Assembly (NCBI GenBank): GCA_965231085.1
Contig: OZ246413.1
Coordinates: 539,234 to 603,233, forward strand
Direction: 5' to 3'
From: an uncultured Candidatus Saccharibacteria bacterium
GTDB taxonomy: Bacteria; Patescibacteriota; Saccharimonadia; Saccharimonadales; UBA10212
DNA: 64,000 bases
The notes below the pieces were generated by a model, which saw only the letters and a list, made by a program, of their open reading frames with translations, ran no database searches and was not told the origin of the DNA. How positions within the stretch are numbered: position 1 is the stretch's first letter; each line of letters opens with the position of its first letter. The position numbers and the translations under genes were made by a program. Positions 17,327 to 25,329 of this stretch are shown in pieces.

Positions 17327-18202
17327 CTATTTGAAGCGAGCAGAAAGTTTATCTACAATAATTTCCAAGTTTTTGCTCATATCGTGCTTGGTATTTGGCA
17401 ATGCTGTTCTAAGCAGCATGTTAGCTCTATCGATGGTTTTTTTATCAAAACTGCGGTGCCCAAAATCACGCATCCAATTAACAATTAGTTCCGAACCTAC
17501 CTCGCTTGGCAGTAATGCAAAAAGTTGCCTGTCGATTGCCTCGTCTTTCTTAACTTTCTCAGAAATCTTAGCTACAGCGGCGGCTTTTCGTACCTGGAGC
17601 TGTCGTATTTTTTCGACATTATCTAAAATTGCTCTCTTTTGACTTTCGCTAATTTTGGGAACAACATTTTTTCGAACATAGTTTCTTAGGTAGCTTTGGT
17701 CTTCGTTGGTTGAATCTTCATGCCAAATAACTTTATGTCTGATCGCATATTTTTTTATATCGGCCTTATTAATATTTAATAATGGTCTCAGTAGCCCGGG
17801 GCGAGAAGTAAGTGAGGCGAGACCTTTCGGGCCAGTGCCTCTTATAATATTGATAATCGCCGTTTCGATAACATCATCCTGTTGATGAGCTGTAATAATA
17901 GCCTTGGCTTTATATTTTTTTCTAATTTCCTCTAAAAACTTATAGCGAGCTTGGCGAGCTTGATCTTCACTAGCAGTCTTCCCTAATCTACCTTCGCCGA
18001 GCTCAAAAGGTAGTTTTAGTTTTTCGGCTTCTTGTCTCACTAAGGCAGCGTCAAGATACGAATCTTCTCTAATACCATGGTCAAAATGAGCAACAATCAG
18101 CTCGACTCCTTTTTTTTCTGACAATATTTTAAGTAGAGTCATTGAATCGACCCCACCAGAAACCGCTAAAACATACTTACCTGGTTCGATATCTATCTTC
18201 AT
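17327..18202 (-). CDS. tilS: tRNA(Ile)-lysidine synthase TilS
   Basis: PP-loop LAVSGGVDSM and AHQQDD. Start placed at ATG 18202; the TTG at 18217 is an alternative. Confidence 0.85.
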   Translation of the reverse strand: MKIDIEPGKYVLAVSGGVDSMTLLKILSEKKGVELIVAHFDHGIREDSYLDAALVRQEAEKLKLPFELGEGRLGKTASEDQARQARYKFLEEIRKKYKAKAIITAHQQDDVIETAIINIIRGTGPKGLASLTSRPGLLRPLLNINKADIKKYAIRHKVIWHEDSTNEDQSYLRNYVRKNVVPKISESQKRAILDNVEKIRQLQVRKAAAVAKISEKVKKDEAIDRQLFALLPSEVGSELIVNWMRDFGHRSFDKKTIDRANMLLRTALPNTKHDMSKNLEIIVDKLSARFK

Positions 18203-18203
18203 A

Positions 18204-18713
18204 TTAACCCTTGGCAAAATCGTGGCGAGCTTTGTGACGCTTATACTCTTTGGCTGTTAAGTAAATTATGGCTAGGTCAAAAATTGTTAGAAGCATCAGC
18301 CCAAAGGTCACTTTGTCGGCAATCATTCTATAAACCTGGTAAATAACAAACAGTGAGGTCACAACAATAAGCCCTGGATAGGCCCAAAACCGGTTGCGCA
18401 GAACCTCCGCAACTAGCACTAACTTTACTACCCCGTGACTGAGTAAATAAGCCGAGGCAAAAACTAACGATCCATTAGTTAGGTGATGTGCTGAGTTAAC
18501 TATGTGATTAGCAAGAAAGTCATGTGGGTCACTGCTAAGTTCGCCATGTGTAAGACGATCGACAATAGAATTAACTTGGTTTGTATTAACGATTAAAAGG
18601 GCAAGCCCGGCAATCGTTTCAAACAACCCATCGATACCTTTAAAATAAAGTCCTATTTTAAAGGCCTTGTCGGTTAGGTCTGGTTTATAAACTTTTTTTG
18701 CCTCTTCCATCAC
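18204..18713 (-). CDS. DUF2127-like membrane protein
   Basis: FKIGLYFKGIDGLFETIAGLALLIV and four TM segments. Confidence 0.5.
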   Translation of the reverse strand: MMEEAKKVYKPDLTDKAFKIGLYFKGIDGLFETIAGLALLIVNTNQVNSIVDRLTHGELSSDPHDFLANHIVNSAHHLTNGSLVFASAYLLSHGVVKLVLVAEVLRNRFWAYPGLIVVTSLFVIYQVYRMIADKVTFGLMLLTIFDLAIIYLTAKEYKRHKARHDFAKG

Positions 18714-18818
18714 TCTAATTGTAACCGATGATGTAGAAATGAAACATTTTGTTAAAGTAAACTCGCGAGTGTTGAGCTATAGTAAATAAACACTATACGA
18801 AACCAAAAGGAGGGTTAC

Positions 18819-20024
18819 ATGCTTTCAACCGCCCATGCGTTAATTACTCGAGCCGGTAAAAAACTTGGCCTAGACGATAACACTATTAAGCAACTTATAA
18901 AGATTAATGAAGAACATTTATTTGATATTAAACTTAATAACGGCAAAACTTATCCGGCCTACCGCGTACAGCACAACAACAAGCGTGGCCCTTATAAAGG
19001 CGGGATTCGTTTTCACCCAGAAGTTGACCTAGATGAAGTTAGAGCGCTTGCAACGCTAATGAGTTTTAAAACTGCTGTTGTTGGCCTACCCCTCGGCGGT
19101 GGCAAGGGGGGAGTCGGTGTAGATCCAAAAGACTTAAGTCACGCAGAACTCGAAGAGCTTAGCCGCAAATATGTGCAAGGTCTGCACCAACATATTGGCC
19201 CAGATAAAGACGTGCCAGCCCCAGACGTTAATACCACACCAGAAATTATCGACTGGATGGTTGATGAATACCAAAAATTAACTGGAGATAAAACTAAAGC
19301 TAGCTTTACTGGCAAGTCCGTTAGCAAAGGCGGCTCTCTTGGCCGTGATGCCGCGACTGGGCGCGGTGGTATGTTTGCCTTCCGTGAGCTCTTAAAACAT
19401 ATGAACAAATCCAATGAAAAGTTAACTTATGCCGTGCAAGGTTTTGGCAACGTTGGTTCATTTTTTGCGGTTCTGGCTGAAGAACTTCAGCCCAACTGGA
19501 AGCTGATCGCCGCCAGCGACTCTCAGGCAGCTGTGTTCTCAAAAAATGGCTTGAGTGCTAAGGATTTAGATAAATACAAACAAGAGCATGGCAGATTCTC
19601 CGACTTCAAGGCAGAAGGTGTGGAAATAATTAGCAACGAAAACTTACTCGCACTCGACGTTGACGTTTTGGTTTTAGCCGCTCTCGGGGACTCAGTAACA
19701 GAAAAAAATATGGCAAACGTTCAAGCTAAGTACATAGTCGAGCTTGCCAATGGCCCCGTTAATGAAAAAGCCTTTGATAAATTGGTTGCAGATGGAGCTA
19801 TTATTCTGCCTGACATTGTTGCCAATGCTGGTGGTGTAATTGTTAGCTACCTGGAGTGGGTGCAAAACAAAGCCGGCGAGCATTGGGACGAGCAGAAAGT
19901 TAATAACCAACTAGAGAACTATATGGTCAAAGCTATTGACGCCCTTTATAAAACTGCCGAGGAACAGAAAGTTACTCTAAAAGAAGCTGCATTCATAAAC
20001 GCCATAAAAAACCTGACAAACTAG
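18819..20024 (+). CDS. gdh: Glu/Leu/Phe/Val-family dehydrogenase (glutamate dehydrogenase-like)
   Basis: GPYKGGIRFHP, PLGGGKGG, Rossmann motif VQGFGNVG. AAGGAGGG SD lies upstream. Confidence 0.85.
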   Translation: MLSTAHALITRAGKKLGLDDNTIKQLIKINEEHLFDIKLNNGKTYPAYRVQHNNKRGPYKGGIRFHPEVDLDEVRALATLMSFKTAVVGLPLGGGKGGVGVDPKDLSHAELEELSRKYVQGLHQHIGPDKDVPAPDVNTTPEIIDWMVDEYQKLTGDKTKASFTGKSVSKGGSLGRDAATGRGGMFAFRELLKHMNKSNEKLTYAVQGFGNVGSFFAVLAEELQPNWKLIAASDSQAAVFSKNGLSAKDLDKYKQEHGRFSDFKAEGVEIISNENLLALDVDVLVLAALGDSVTEKNMANVQAKYIVELANGPVNEKAFDKLVADGAIILPDIVANAGGVIVSYLEWVQNKAGEHWDEQKVNNQLENYMVKAIDALYKTAEEQKVTLKEAAFINAIKNLTN

Positions 20025-20032
20025 ACTAAAAC

Positions 20033-20050
20033 TGCTAAAATACCCCTGTT
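20033..20050 (+). promoter_or_regulatory. Extended -10 promoter for tRNA-Met (identical 18-mer to 1970-1987)
   Basis: tgctaaaatacccctgtt. The tRNA starts 27 nt downstream. Confidence 0.6.
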
Positions 20051-20076
20051 AAGGAAAAGGTTGTGCCTGTATTCTT

Positions 20077-20153
20077 GGCAGCGTAGCTCAGTTGGTTAGA
20101 GCGTAGGACTCATAAGCCTAAGGTCACTGGTTCGATCCCAGTCGCTGCTACCA
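20077..20153 (+). tRNA. tRNA-Met elongator (CAT), CCA encoded
   Basis: GGCAGCG-TA-GCTC..GAGC-G-TAGGA-CTCATAA-GCCTA-AGGTC-ACTGG-TTCGATC-CCAGT-CGCTGCT-A-CCA. Resembles elongator Met rather than initiator or Ile2. Confidence 0.85.
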
Positions 20154-20169
20154 GTATATACACAGCCCC

Positions 20170-21921
20170 TTAGCTTTCCGTAGCTGAAATCTGTTTTTGC
20201 CAAAGCGAATAATATCTACCTTTTTGCCTGAGTAATTCACTGTGACTTCCCTCCTCAACTACCTTGCCGTCATGCATTACGATTATGCGGTCAAGGCCGG
20301 CGACTGTACTTAAGCGATGCGCAATAATAATTGCTGTTTGTTTACCTAGTATCTCTGGAAGGGCTCGTTTTATAATTTGCTCACTCTCACTATCTAGTGC
20401 GCTAGTGGCTTCGTCAAACAGCATTATTGGGGCATGCTTTAAGACTGCTCTGGCGATAACTATTCGTTGTTTTTGCCCGCCACTAAGTTTAACTCCACGT
20501 TCGCCAACGATTGTGTCATAACCGTCAGGCAGTTTTATGATGAACTCATGGGCGTGGGCTGCCTTGGCTGCTTCCTGCACTGAAGCATCGGTAGCTTTAT
20601 CGTTATAGTAGGCAATGTTCTCTCTAACAGTTCTATGAAAAAGAAGCGGCTCCTGCGGCACATATGCAATTTTTCGTCTGAGTTCAGCTTGTTTCACATC
20701 CCGAATATCTATGTCGTCAATTTTTATGCTGCCACTGTCTATCTCATCAAATCGAAGCAGTAAATTGGCGAGTGTACTCTTGCCCGCGCCACTCAAGCCC
20801 ACTATACCAATCTGCTCCCCGCCGGCAATCGAAATATTTAGCTTATTAAACACTGGTATCGTCCTATTGTTACTGGCCGGATAGGCAAAGCTGACATTTT
20901 TAAATTCAATTCTAGCCTTATCAATTTTAAGTTCTACAGGTGACTCAGGATCCCTAATCTTCTCATGGCTATTGTCTAGATAAGCTAATGTTGGATATAT
21001 TCGAGCAACCATGTCATCATGATCCATGATCATTCCCGGAAGCACCCCCACATTTCTCACTATCTGAAACAGATAGGTTAGAGTCAACACTATTAAGCCT
21101 AAGGTCTTGGGGTTATTGCTTGCCGGCTGGGAGGCTAGCAAATATATTGAAATGAATATTGCAAAAGCGGTTATCAAGCTTCTGGGGAGATCGAGCATCG
21201 TAGTTATGTAGTGGCGGGCATCAAAGGCTTTCATTTCTTCAAGACGCAAATCAGAGACCTTACCGGAAGCAATTTTTTCAGCTCCGGCCGACTTAAAGGC
21301 AACAATGTTAGTAATCTCATCAGAAACTTCAGCTGTGACCTTGCGATATATCTCGTGTGTTATCTGCCGGTACTTGTTAACTTTTTTTGAAGTCCACCTA
21401 ATGTATGCTATCTGAACAGCCATGATAGCTGCCGTTAACAGCCCAATCGTTTTTGATGATATAAATAAAACGATTACCGGTATGGTAAGGGATATAAATA
21501 CAGCAAGCGCCTCGCCACGAATAAAACGCATAAAAACAGTCATTCCGTCCAAGTACTGTCTAAATGAGGATGCTAGGTAGCCGGTTTGGTTATTTCTATA
21601 AAACTCCATGTCTTTGTTGGTAATTTTCTCGTAATACTCAAGAGTTAGTCTGTTGTAAATTCGGTTTTCGCTTCTGTAGGAAATGAGTTGACCAATAGTG
21701 CCAATCAGAGTTCCAGTAACGTAAGCGATTAGGAAAAATACAGTATGTTTTTTTGCAGCCATATAATTTCCAGAGGCGAGGCTAGTTGTTGTCTGGGCCA
21801 TGATCACCACTATATAAACCCGGATTATAAAATCTCGGATAATCTCTAGAATTAGACCTATCCACTGGGCTGGACTCCGGCCATAAGTCTGTAATAAATG
21901 CTTGTAGACTTCTCTGTTCAT
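20170..21921 (-). CDS. ABC exporter, fused permease/ATPase (MsbA/type I exporter-like)
   Basis: Six-TM N-domain, then GLSGAGKST, LSGGQKQR, LFDEATSALD. Start placed at ATG 21921, because the longer ORF would begin inside a hairpin. Confidence 0.85.
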   Translation of the reverse strand: MNREVYKHLLQTYGRSPAQWIGLILEIIRDFIIRVYIVVIMAQTTTSLASGNYMAAKKHTVFFLIAYVTGTLIGTIGQLISYRSENRIYNRLTLEYYEKITNKDMEFYRNNQTGYLASSFRQYLDGMTVFMRFIRGEALAVFISLTIPVIVLFISSKTIGLLTAAIMAVQIAYIRWTSKKVNKYRQITHEIYRKVTAEVSDEITNIVAFKSAGAEKIASGKVSDLRLEEMKAFDARHYITTMLDLPRSLITAFAIFISIYLLASQPASNNPKTLGLIVLTLTYLFQIVRNVGVLPGMIMDHDDMVARIYPTLAYLDNSHEKIRDPESPVELKIDKARIEFKNVSFAYPASNNRTIPVFNKLNISIAGGEQIGIVGLSGAGKSTLANLLLRFDEIDSGSIKIDDIDIRDVKQAELRRKIAYVPQEPLLFHRTVRENIAYYNDKATDASVQEAAKAAHAHEFIIKLPDGYDTIVGERGVKLSGGQKQRIVIARAVLKHAPIMLFDEATSALDSESEQIIKRALPEILGKQTAIIIAHRLSTVAGLDRIIVMHDGKVVEEGSHSELLRQKGRYYSLWQKQISATES

Positions 21922-21956
21922 GCTGCTGCCAATTAGAGCTAATTGTACACCATAAG

Positions 21957-21990
21957 AAAACACCGGACTTTTTATCCGGTGTTTTCTTTT
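21957..21990. terminator. Bidirectional terminator-like hairpin 36 nt upstream of the ABC exporter start
   Basis: aaaACACCGGA-cttttta-TCCGGTGTtttctttt, with A/T runs on both sides. Confidence 0.55.
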
Positions 21991-22012
21991 GTGACTGATC
22001 TTGTGTGATGAT

Positions 22013-22090
22013 TTACTGGCTTAACAGTGAGTCAACGTACAAAATTCGTTCGTCTGTAGTTGCAATCTTTTCAAATTCTAGGTTATTCAT
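22013..22090 (-). CDS. Candidate 25-aa small ORF upstream of the ABC exporter
   Basis: Hand translation gives MNNLEFEKIATTDERILYVDSLLSQ*. GAAAGGG SD lies 7 nt before ATG 22090. Below the ORF-track size cut-off. Confidence 0.25.
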   Translation of the reverse strand: MNNLEFEKIATTDERILYVDSLLSQ

Positions 22091-22282
22091 TTTGGTGCCC
22101 TTTCACCGCTTCCAGCGGGACCCCGCCTTGGCGGTGGCTTTTTTATTTGATATTTTTGTCTTACTTAAGACTAACTACCATTATACACGCTTTTGCTTAA
22201 ATGTCAATAATGTTTCTAAAGCTGTTGTTTTTTATTGCCCATTATGCTTAACTAGCCTCGTTAGGATCTTATCTGTTCTTGG

Positions 22283-22360
22283 TCTAGGAATACGACGATT
22301 GCCTTAAGTAAGCACCGAAGCGAGTCCCAGAAACCAGACGAATAAGGGGTCGTTCCTAGA
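22283..22360 (+). promoter_or_regulatory. Structured 5' UTR of the RRM-protein gene
   Basis: Long-range stem tctaggaa-ta-cgac (22283-22296) / gtcgttcctaga (22349-22360) encloses about 50 nt. It ends 32 nt before ATG 22393. Confidence 0.45.
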
Positions 22361-22392
22361 AAATAAGAAAGTAAGGATTTAAAACTCTCAAT

Positions 22393-22671
22393 ATGTACAA
22401 AGTATTTGTAGGTGGTTTGCCTTTTGCAACAACTGACGATGAGCTTCGCGATGCTTTCGCTGCTCATGGTCAAGTTGCTAGCGCTGTAGTAGTTCGCGAC
22501 CGCGAAACTGGCCGCAGCAAAGGCTTCGGATTCGTAGAATTCGAAAATGACGACGAAGGCCGTGCAGCTGAAAAAGCTCTTAACGGTTCTGAGCTCGGTG
22601 GACGCACAATTTCTGTTGCTGAAGCCCGCCCTAAAGAAGATCGTCCACGTGATGATCGCCCTCGTTACTAA
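22393..22671 (+). CDS. RRM-type RNA-binding protein
   Basis: RNP2 KVFVGGL and RNP1 KGFGFVEF motifs, with an R/D/P-rich tail. Confidence 0.9.
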   Translation: MYKVFVGGLPFATTDDELRDAFAAHGQVASAVVVRDRETGRSKGFGFVEFENDDEGRAAEKALNGSELGGRTISVAEARPKEDRPRDDRPRY

Positions 22672-22700
22672 ACCTTAAAAGTTTAGAATCGATAAGAAAA

Positions 22701-22728
22701 CTCCCTGCAACTTAACAGGGAGTTTTTT
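22701..22728 (+). terminator. Rho-independent terminator of the RRM gene
   Basis: CTCCCTG-caacttaa-CAGGGAG followed by tttttt. Confidence 0.8.
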
Positions 22729-22729
22729 G

Positions 22730-22748
22730 TTGGTAGCGGGAGTAGGAC
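22730..22748 (-). repeat. Displaced copy of the tRNA-fMet 3' end (19-nt direct repeat of 22900-22918)
   Basis: ttggtagcgggagtaggac is identical at both sites (CCA, acceptor 3' strand and T-stem 3' strand). Confidence 0.9.
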
Positions 22749-22899
22749 AACGCACGTCTGCGCTCGTTCTCGAAACCAGTTTCTGCGAGCGAGCTTGACG
22801 ACCGATCCTACGACTGTCGCCAGCATAGCTGTCGAGTCGTAGAACCGAGCCTAGTTCACGGCCAAGAAAAATACCCGTCCGAAAGGACGGGCACTTTTC
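22749..22899. other. 151-bp GC-richer structured insert between the tRNA-fMet 3' fragment and intact tRNA-fMet
   Basis: Hairpins CGCTCG...CGAGCG (22761-22790) and CTACGACT...AGTCGTAG (22808-22842). tcctac (22806-22811) pairs with gtagga (22742-22747). Ends in terminator CCCGTCC-gaaa-GGACGGG (22874-22891). Confidence 0.5.
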
Positions 22900-22900
22900 T

Positions 22901-22975
22901 TGGTAGCGGGAGTAGGACTCGAACCTACGACCTCGTGGTTATGAGCCACGCGAGCTGCCACTGCTCCATCCCGCG
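22901..22975 (-). tRNA. Initiator tRNA-fMet (CAT), CCA encoded
   Basis: CGCGGGA-TG-GAGC-AGTGGCA-GCTC-G-CGTGG-CTCATAA-CCACG-AGGTC-GTAGG-TTCGAGT-CCTAC-TCCCGCT-A-CCA. C1xU72 mismatch and an initiator-type D arm. Two of the three initiator G-C pairs are present in the anticodon stem. Confidence 0.8.
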
Positions 22976-23018
22976 TCATATTACCAGTGCCTAATTTTAA
23001 TCTTTTAAGGAGTTAATG

Positions 23019-23474
23019 TCAATCGCTAACTATTTTTCGGCCTAACAAAAAATCGCGCCAAGCTTGCATATTCATAGTGTATTTTGATTTTGACTGAGAG
23101 TTAGTTTTTGTTTGGACGGCCGCGGCCACATCCTGGTTAACATATTTTGCAGCAATTGCATTCGGCACTAATATAACCTTTTCGCCGGGGCCGGCTAGAC
23201 CCAACGATTGGCGGGCAGCCAGATCAAGATACTGGCCGGTGTCATAATATTTGTTTTGGAGTTTTGTATTATCGTTTTGCAGCCGCAAAACTTCGTTTTG
23301 TTGGCTTAATACTGCGATCTTTTTTTGCAGCTCATAATTATCCTGAATGGTTTTTACACCGCTCCAGGCTATAGCTAGAACCATCATAGTAAAAAGGTAG
23401 CTCGGGATATTTTTGGTATCAGTAATCTGCTTGAAATTTTTGCTACTAATAAATTGTCGGGCGCGATAAAGCAT
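23019..23474 (-). CDS. FtsB/DivIC-like septum formation initiator
   Basis: Single TM followed by a leucine-zipper-like coiled coil (LQKKIAVLSQQNEVLRLQNDNTKLQNKY). Confidence 0.5.
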   Translation of the reverse strand: MLYRARQFISSKNFKQITDTKNIPSYLFTMMVLAIAWSGVKTIQDNYELQKKIAVLSQQNEVLRLQNDNTKLQNKYYDTGQYLDLAARQSLGLAGPGEKVILVPNAIAAKYVNQDVAAAVQTKTNSQSKSKYTMNMQAWRDFLLGRKIVSD

Positions 23475-23499
23475 TAGTACATTATAACTCGGAAATAGC

Positions 23500-23575
23500 T
23501 GGTGGGGGTGCCTGGACTTGAACCAGGGACCAATCGGTTATGAGCCGACTGCTCTAACCACTGAGCTACACCCCC
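23500..23575 (-). tRNA. tRNA with CAT anticodon, probably tRNA-Ile2 (lysidine-modified)
   Basis: GGGGGTG-TA-GCTCAGTGGTTAGAGC-A-GTCGG-CTCATAA-CCGAT-TGGTC-CCTGG-TTCAAGT-CCAGG-CACCCCC-A-CCA. The D arm, variable loop and T arm resemble E. coli ileX as I recall it. tilS is present in the window. Confidence 0.7.
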
Positions 23576-23634
23576 TTGTCCAGCTAGCACAGGAACTCAG
23601 TATCAAAACCAGTATAACAGATACGGATTAATTT

Positions 23635-24564
23635 TTACTGGTCTAAAAGTTCTAGAGCTTCCTCGGGAGAATGAGTCTCCATAAATTCTGCTCTTAGGTC
23701 TGCGGCTCCGTCAAAGCCGTTTATATAAGCTTTGCAAAATTTTCGCAGTAGCTCGAACTTTCTCTCACCATCTTTATAAGTATCGAGGTGCAACTTTATA
23801 TGTTTTTTGAATAGATCTATTTTTTGCTCCTTAGTAAGTGCCGCCCAGGGGCTACTGGCAGAGAATATATACGGATCGTGAAAAATACCACGCCCAATCA
23901 TAATGCCATCTAAGTTGTATTCTTTAGCTAGTTCCAGGCCTTGAGACCTGGTCGCAACGTCTCCGTTACCAACAATCAAAGTTTCCGGAGATAATTTGTC
24001 GCGCAAGCGAACAACTTCACCAATCAGATCCCAATCAGCCGGGACTTTGGACATTTGCTTGGCGGTTCTGCCATGAATAGTTAACATGTTAAGTTTTTTG
24101 CTTAAAAGAAATTCAATCCAGGCCATATCTACCGTCCCGAATCCAAGTCTCGTTTTAACAGAAACAGGAAAGTTCTCGCCTACACCTTCTCGCACGGCAT
24201 CGATAATCTGCCCGGCTAACTCCTGGTTATTAATAAGTGCCGCACAGGCGCCGTTCTTTATAACTGTTCTGACTGGGCAGCCCATGTTTATATCCACTCC
24301 AGCAAATCCCATTTTTTTAAGTTCATGAGCTGTTTTTTTATAATTTTCTGGGTTGAGTCCCCAAATTTGTGCAATTACTGGCTTTTCTTTGTCGGTTAGC
24401 TTGAGCTTGTGCATCAATTTCGGCCGACCTGGGCTTTGCAGCCCGTCGACATTGACGAATTCCGTAAACATTAAGTCTGGTTTGGCACAGTCAGCTACGA
24501 TTTGTCGAAAGACTGAATCAGTAACATCATCCATCGGAGCCAGAACAAAAAACGGCTTTGTCAT
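23635..24564 (-). CDS. dus: tRNA-dihydrouridine synthase
   Basis: FVLAPMDDVTDSVFR, DINMGCP, HGRT motifs. Confidence 0.9.
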   Translation of the reverse strand: MTKPFFVLAPMDDVTDSVFRQIVADCAKPDLMFTEFVNVDGLQSPGRPKLMHKLKLTDKEKPVIAQIWGLNPENYKKTAHELKKMGFAGVDINMGCPVRTVIKNGACAALINNQELAGQIIDAVREGVGENFPVSVKTRLGFGTVDMAWIEFLLSKKLNMLTIHGRTAKQMSKVPADWDLIGEVVRLRDKLSPETLIVGNGDVATRSQGLELAKEYNLDGIMIGRGIFHDPYIFSASSPWAALTKEQKIDLFKKHIKLHLDTYKDGERKFELLRKFCKAYINGFDGAADLRAEFMETHSPEEALELLDQ

Positions 24565-24574
24565 AACTAGCGAG

Positions 24575-24991
24575 CTAAGCTTCGGTACCAGTCTTACCGT
24601 AACGTTCGGCTAGACGGCGAGCCTGTTCAGCCCCGAAAACTCTTTGCTCATCCGTAAGCTCGACCCTTGCGCCTTCGTGGACACGGCGCATTGCCGCCTC
24701 GTGAGCCTGAGGAGGAGTATCGGCAACTAAGCGTTCGAGAGCAGTTGTTGGCCCGGTTGTACTGGGTCTAATAGTTGTTTTATTGGCTGGCTTTGCCGCT
24801 TGGTTCGGTGGGGGGGTTGCCTGGTCGCCAGTGCTAGCACGTCTTGCTAATTTTGCACCGCCAGATACCAAACGCAATGCTTGCCCTTGAGGAATTCCAG
24901 CCCCGTCGGTAAGCCTATCAAATTGCCGATTCTCCTCATCAGATAAATCGGGGTTATTTAGCGGTCCTTCGAATTGTCTATCTATAGCCAT
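24575..24991 (-). CDS. High-GC hypothetical protein, low-complexity Pro/Thr/Ala-rich centre (138 aa)
   Basis: ORF track. Sampled G+C is 39/60 at 24661-24720 and 38/60 at 24781-24840. Contains a 7-nt homopolymer (24810-24816). No recognised motif. Confidence 0.55.
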   Translation of the reverse strand: MAIDRQFEGPLNNPDLSDEENRQFDRLTDGAGIPQGQALRLVSGGAKLARRASTGDQATPPPNQAAKPANKTTIRPSTTGPTTALERLVADTPPQAHEAAMRRVHEGARVELTDEQRVFGAEQARRLAERYGKTGTEA

Positions 24992-25005
24992 ATATAAATT
25001 ATATC

Positions 25006-25329
25006 CTAGGCCGCTTGTTGACCTTGGTCTTGTGAAGTTTCGGCACCCATAAGGGCCAGATTACCGAGCAGTTGTTTTTTGTACTTATTGCGAGCTTTTG
25101 TTTTCTCTACCGGGGTTGCGAAGGCTTCATTGAAGTCACTCCACATTTTCCTAGCCCTGGGGTTGATTCCTCTTTCTCGGATAATTCCAGTTTGCAAAAC
25201 AGCTGGGTGGCGCATAGGACCATAGCCAGTAGCTCGCCAAAAGTTCTTTCGAGCTTCATCAGCGTAGAAGGCTGCGTTTCTTTCTGCACCAGCTAGCACT
25301 GTTTCGGTTTTTTCCTGATACCCCCCCAT
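25006..25329 (-). CDS. Hypothetical protein (107 aa), possibly the 3' part of a frameshifted gene
   Basis: Its ATG lies on a G7 run (C7 on plus, 25321-25327) and it overlaps the upstream ORF by 37 nt. Confidence 0.45.
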   Translation of the reverse strand: MGGYQEKTETVLAGAERNAAFYADEARKNFWRATGYGPMRHPAVLQTGIIRERGINPRARKMWSDFNEAFATPVEKTKARNKYKKQLLGNLALMGAETSQDQGQQAA

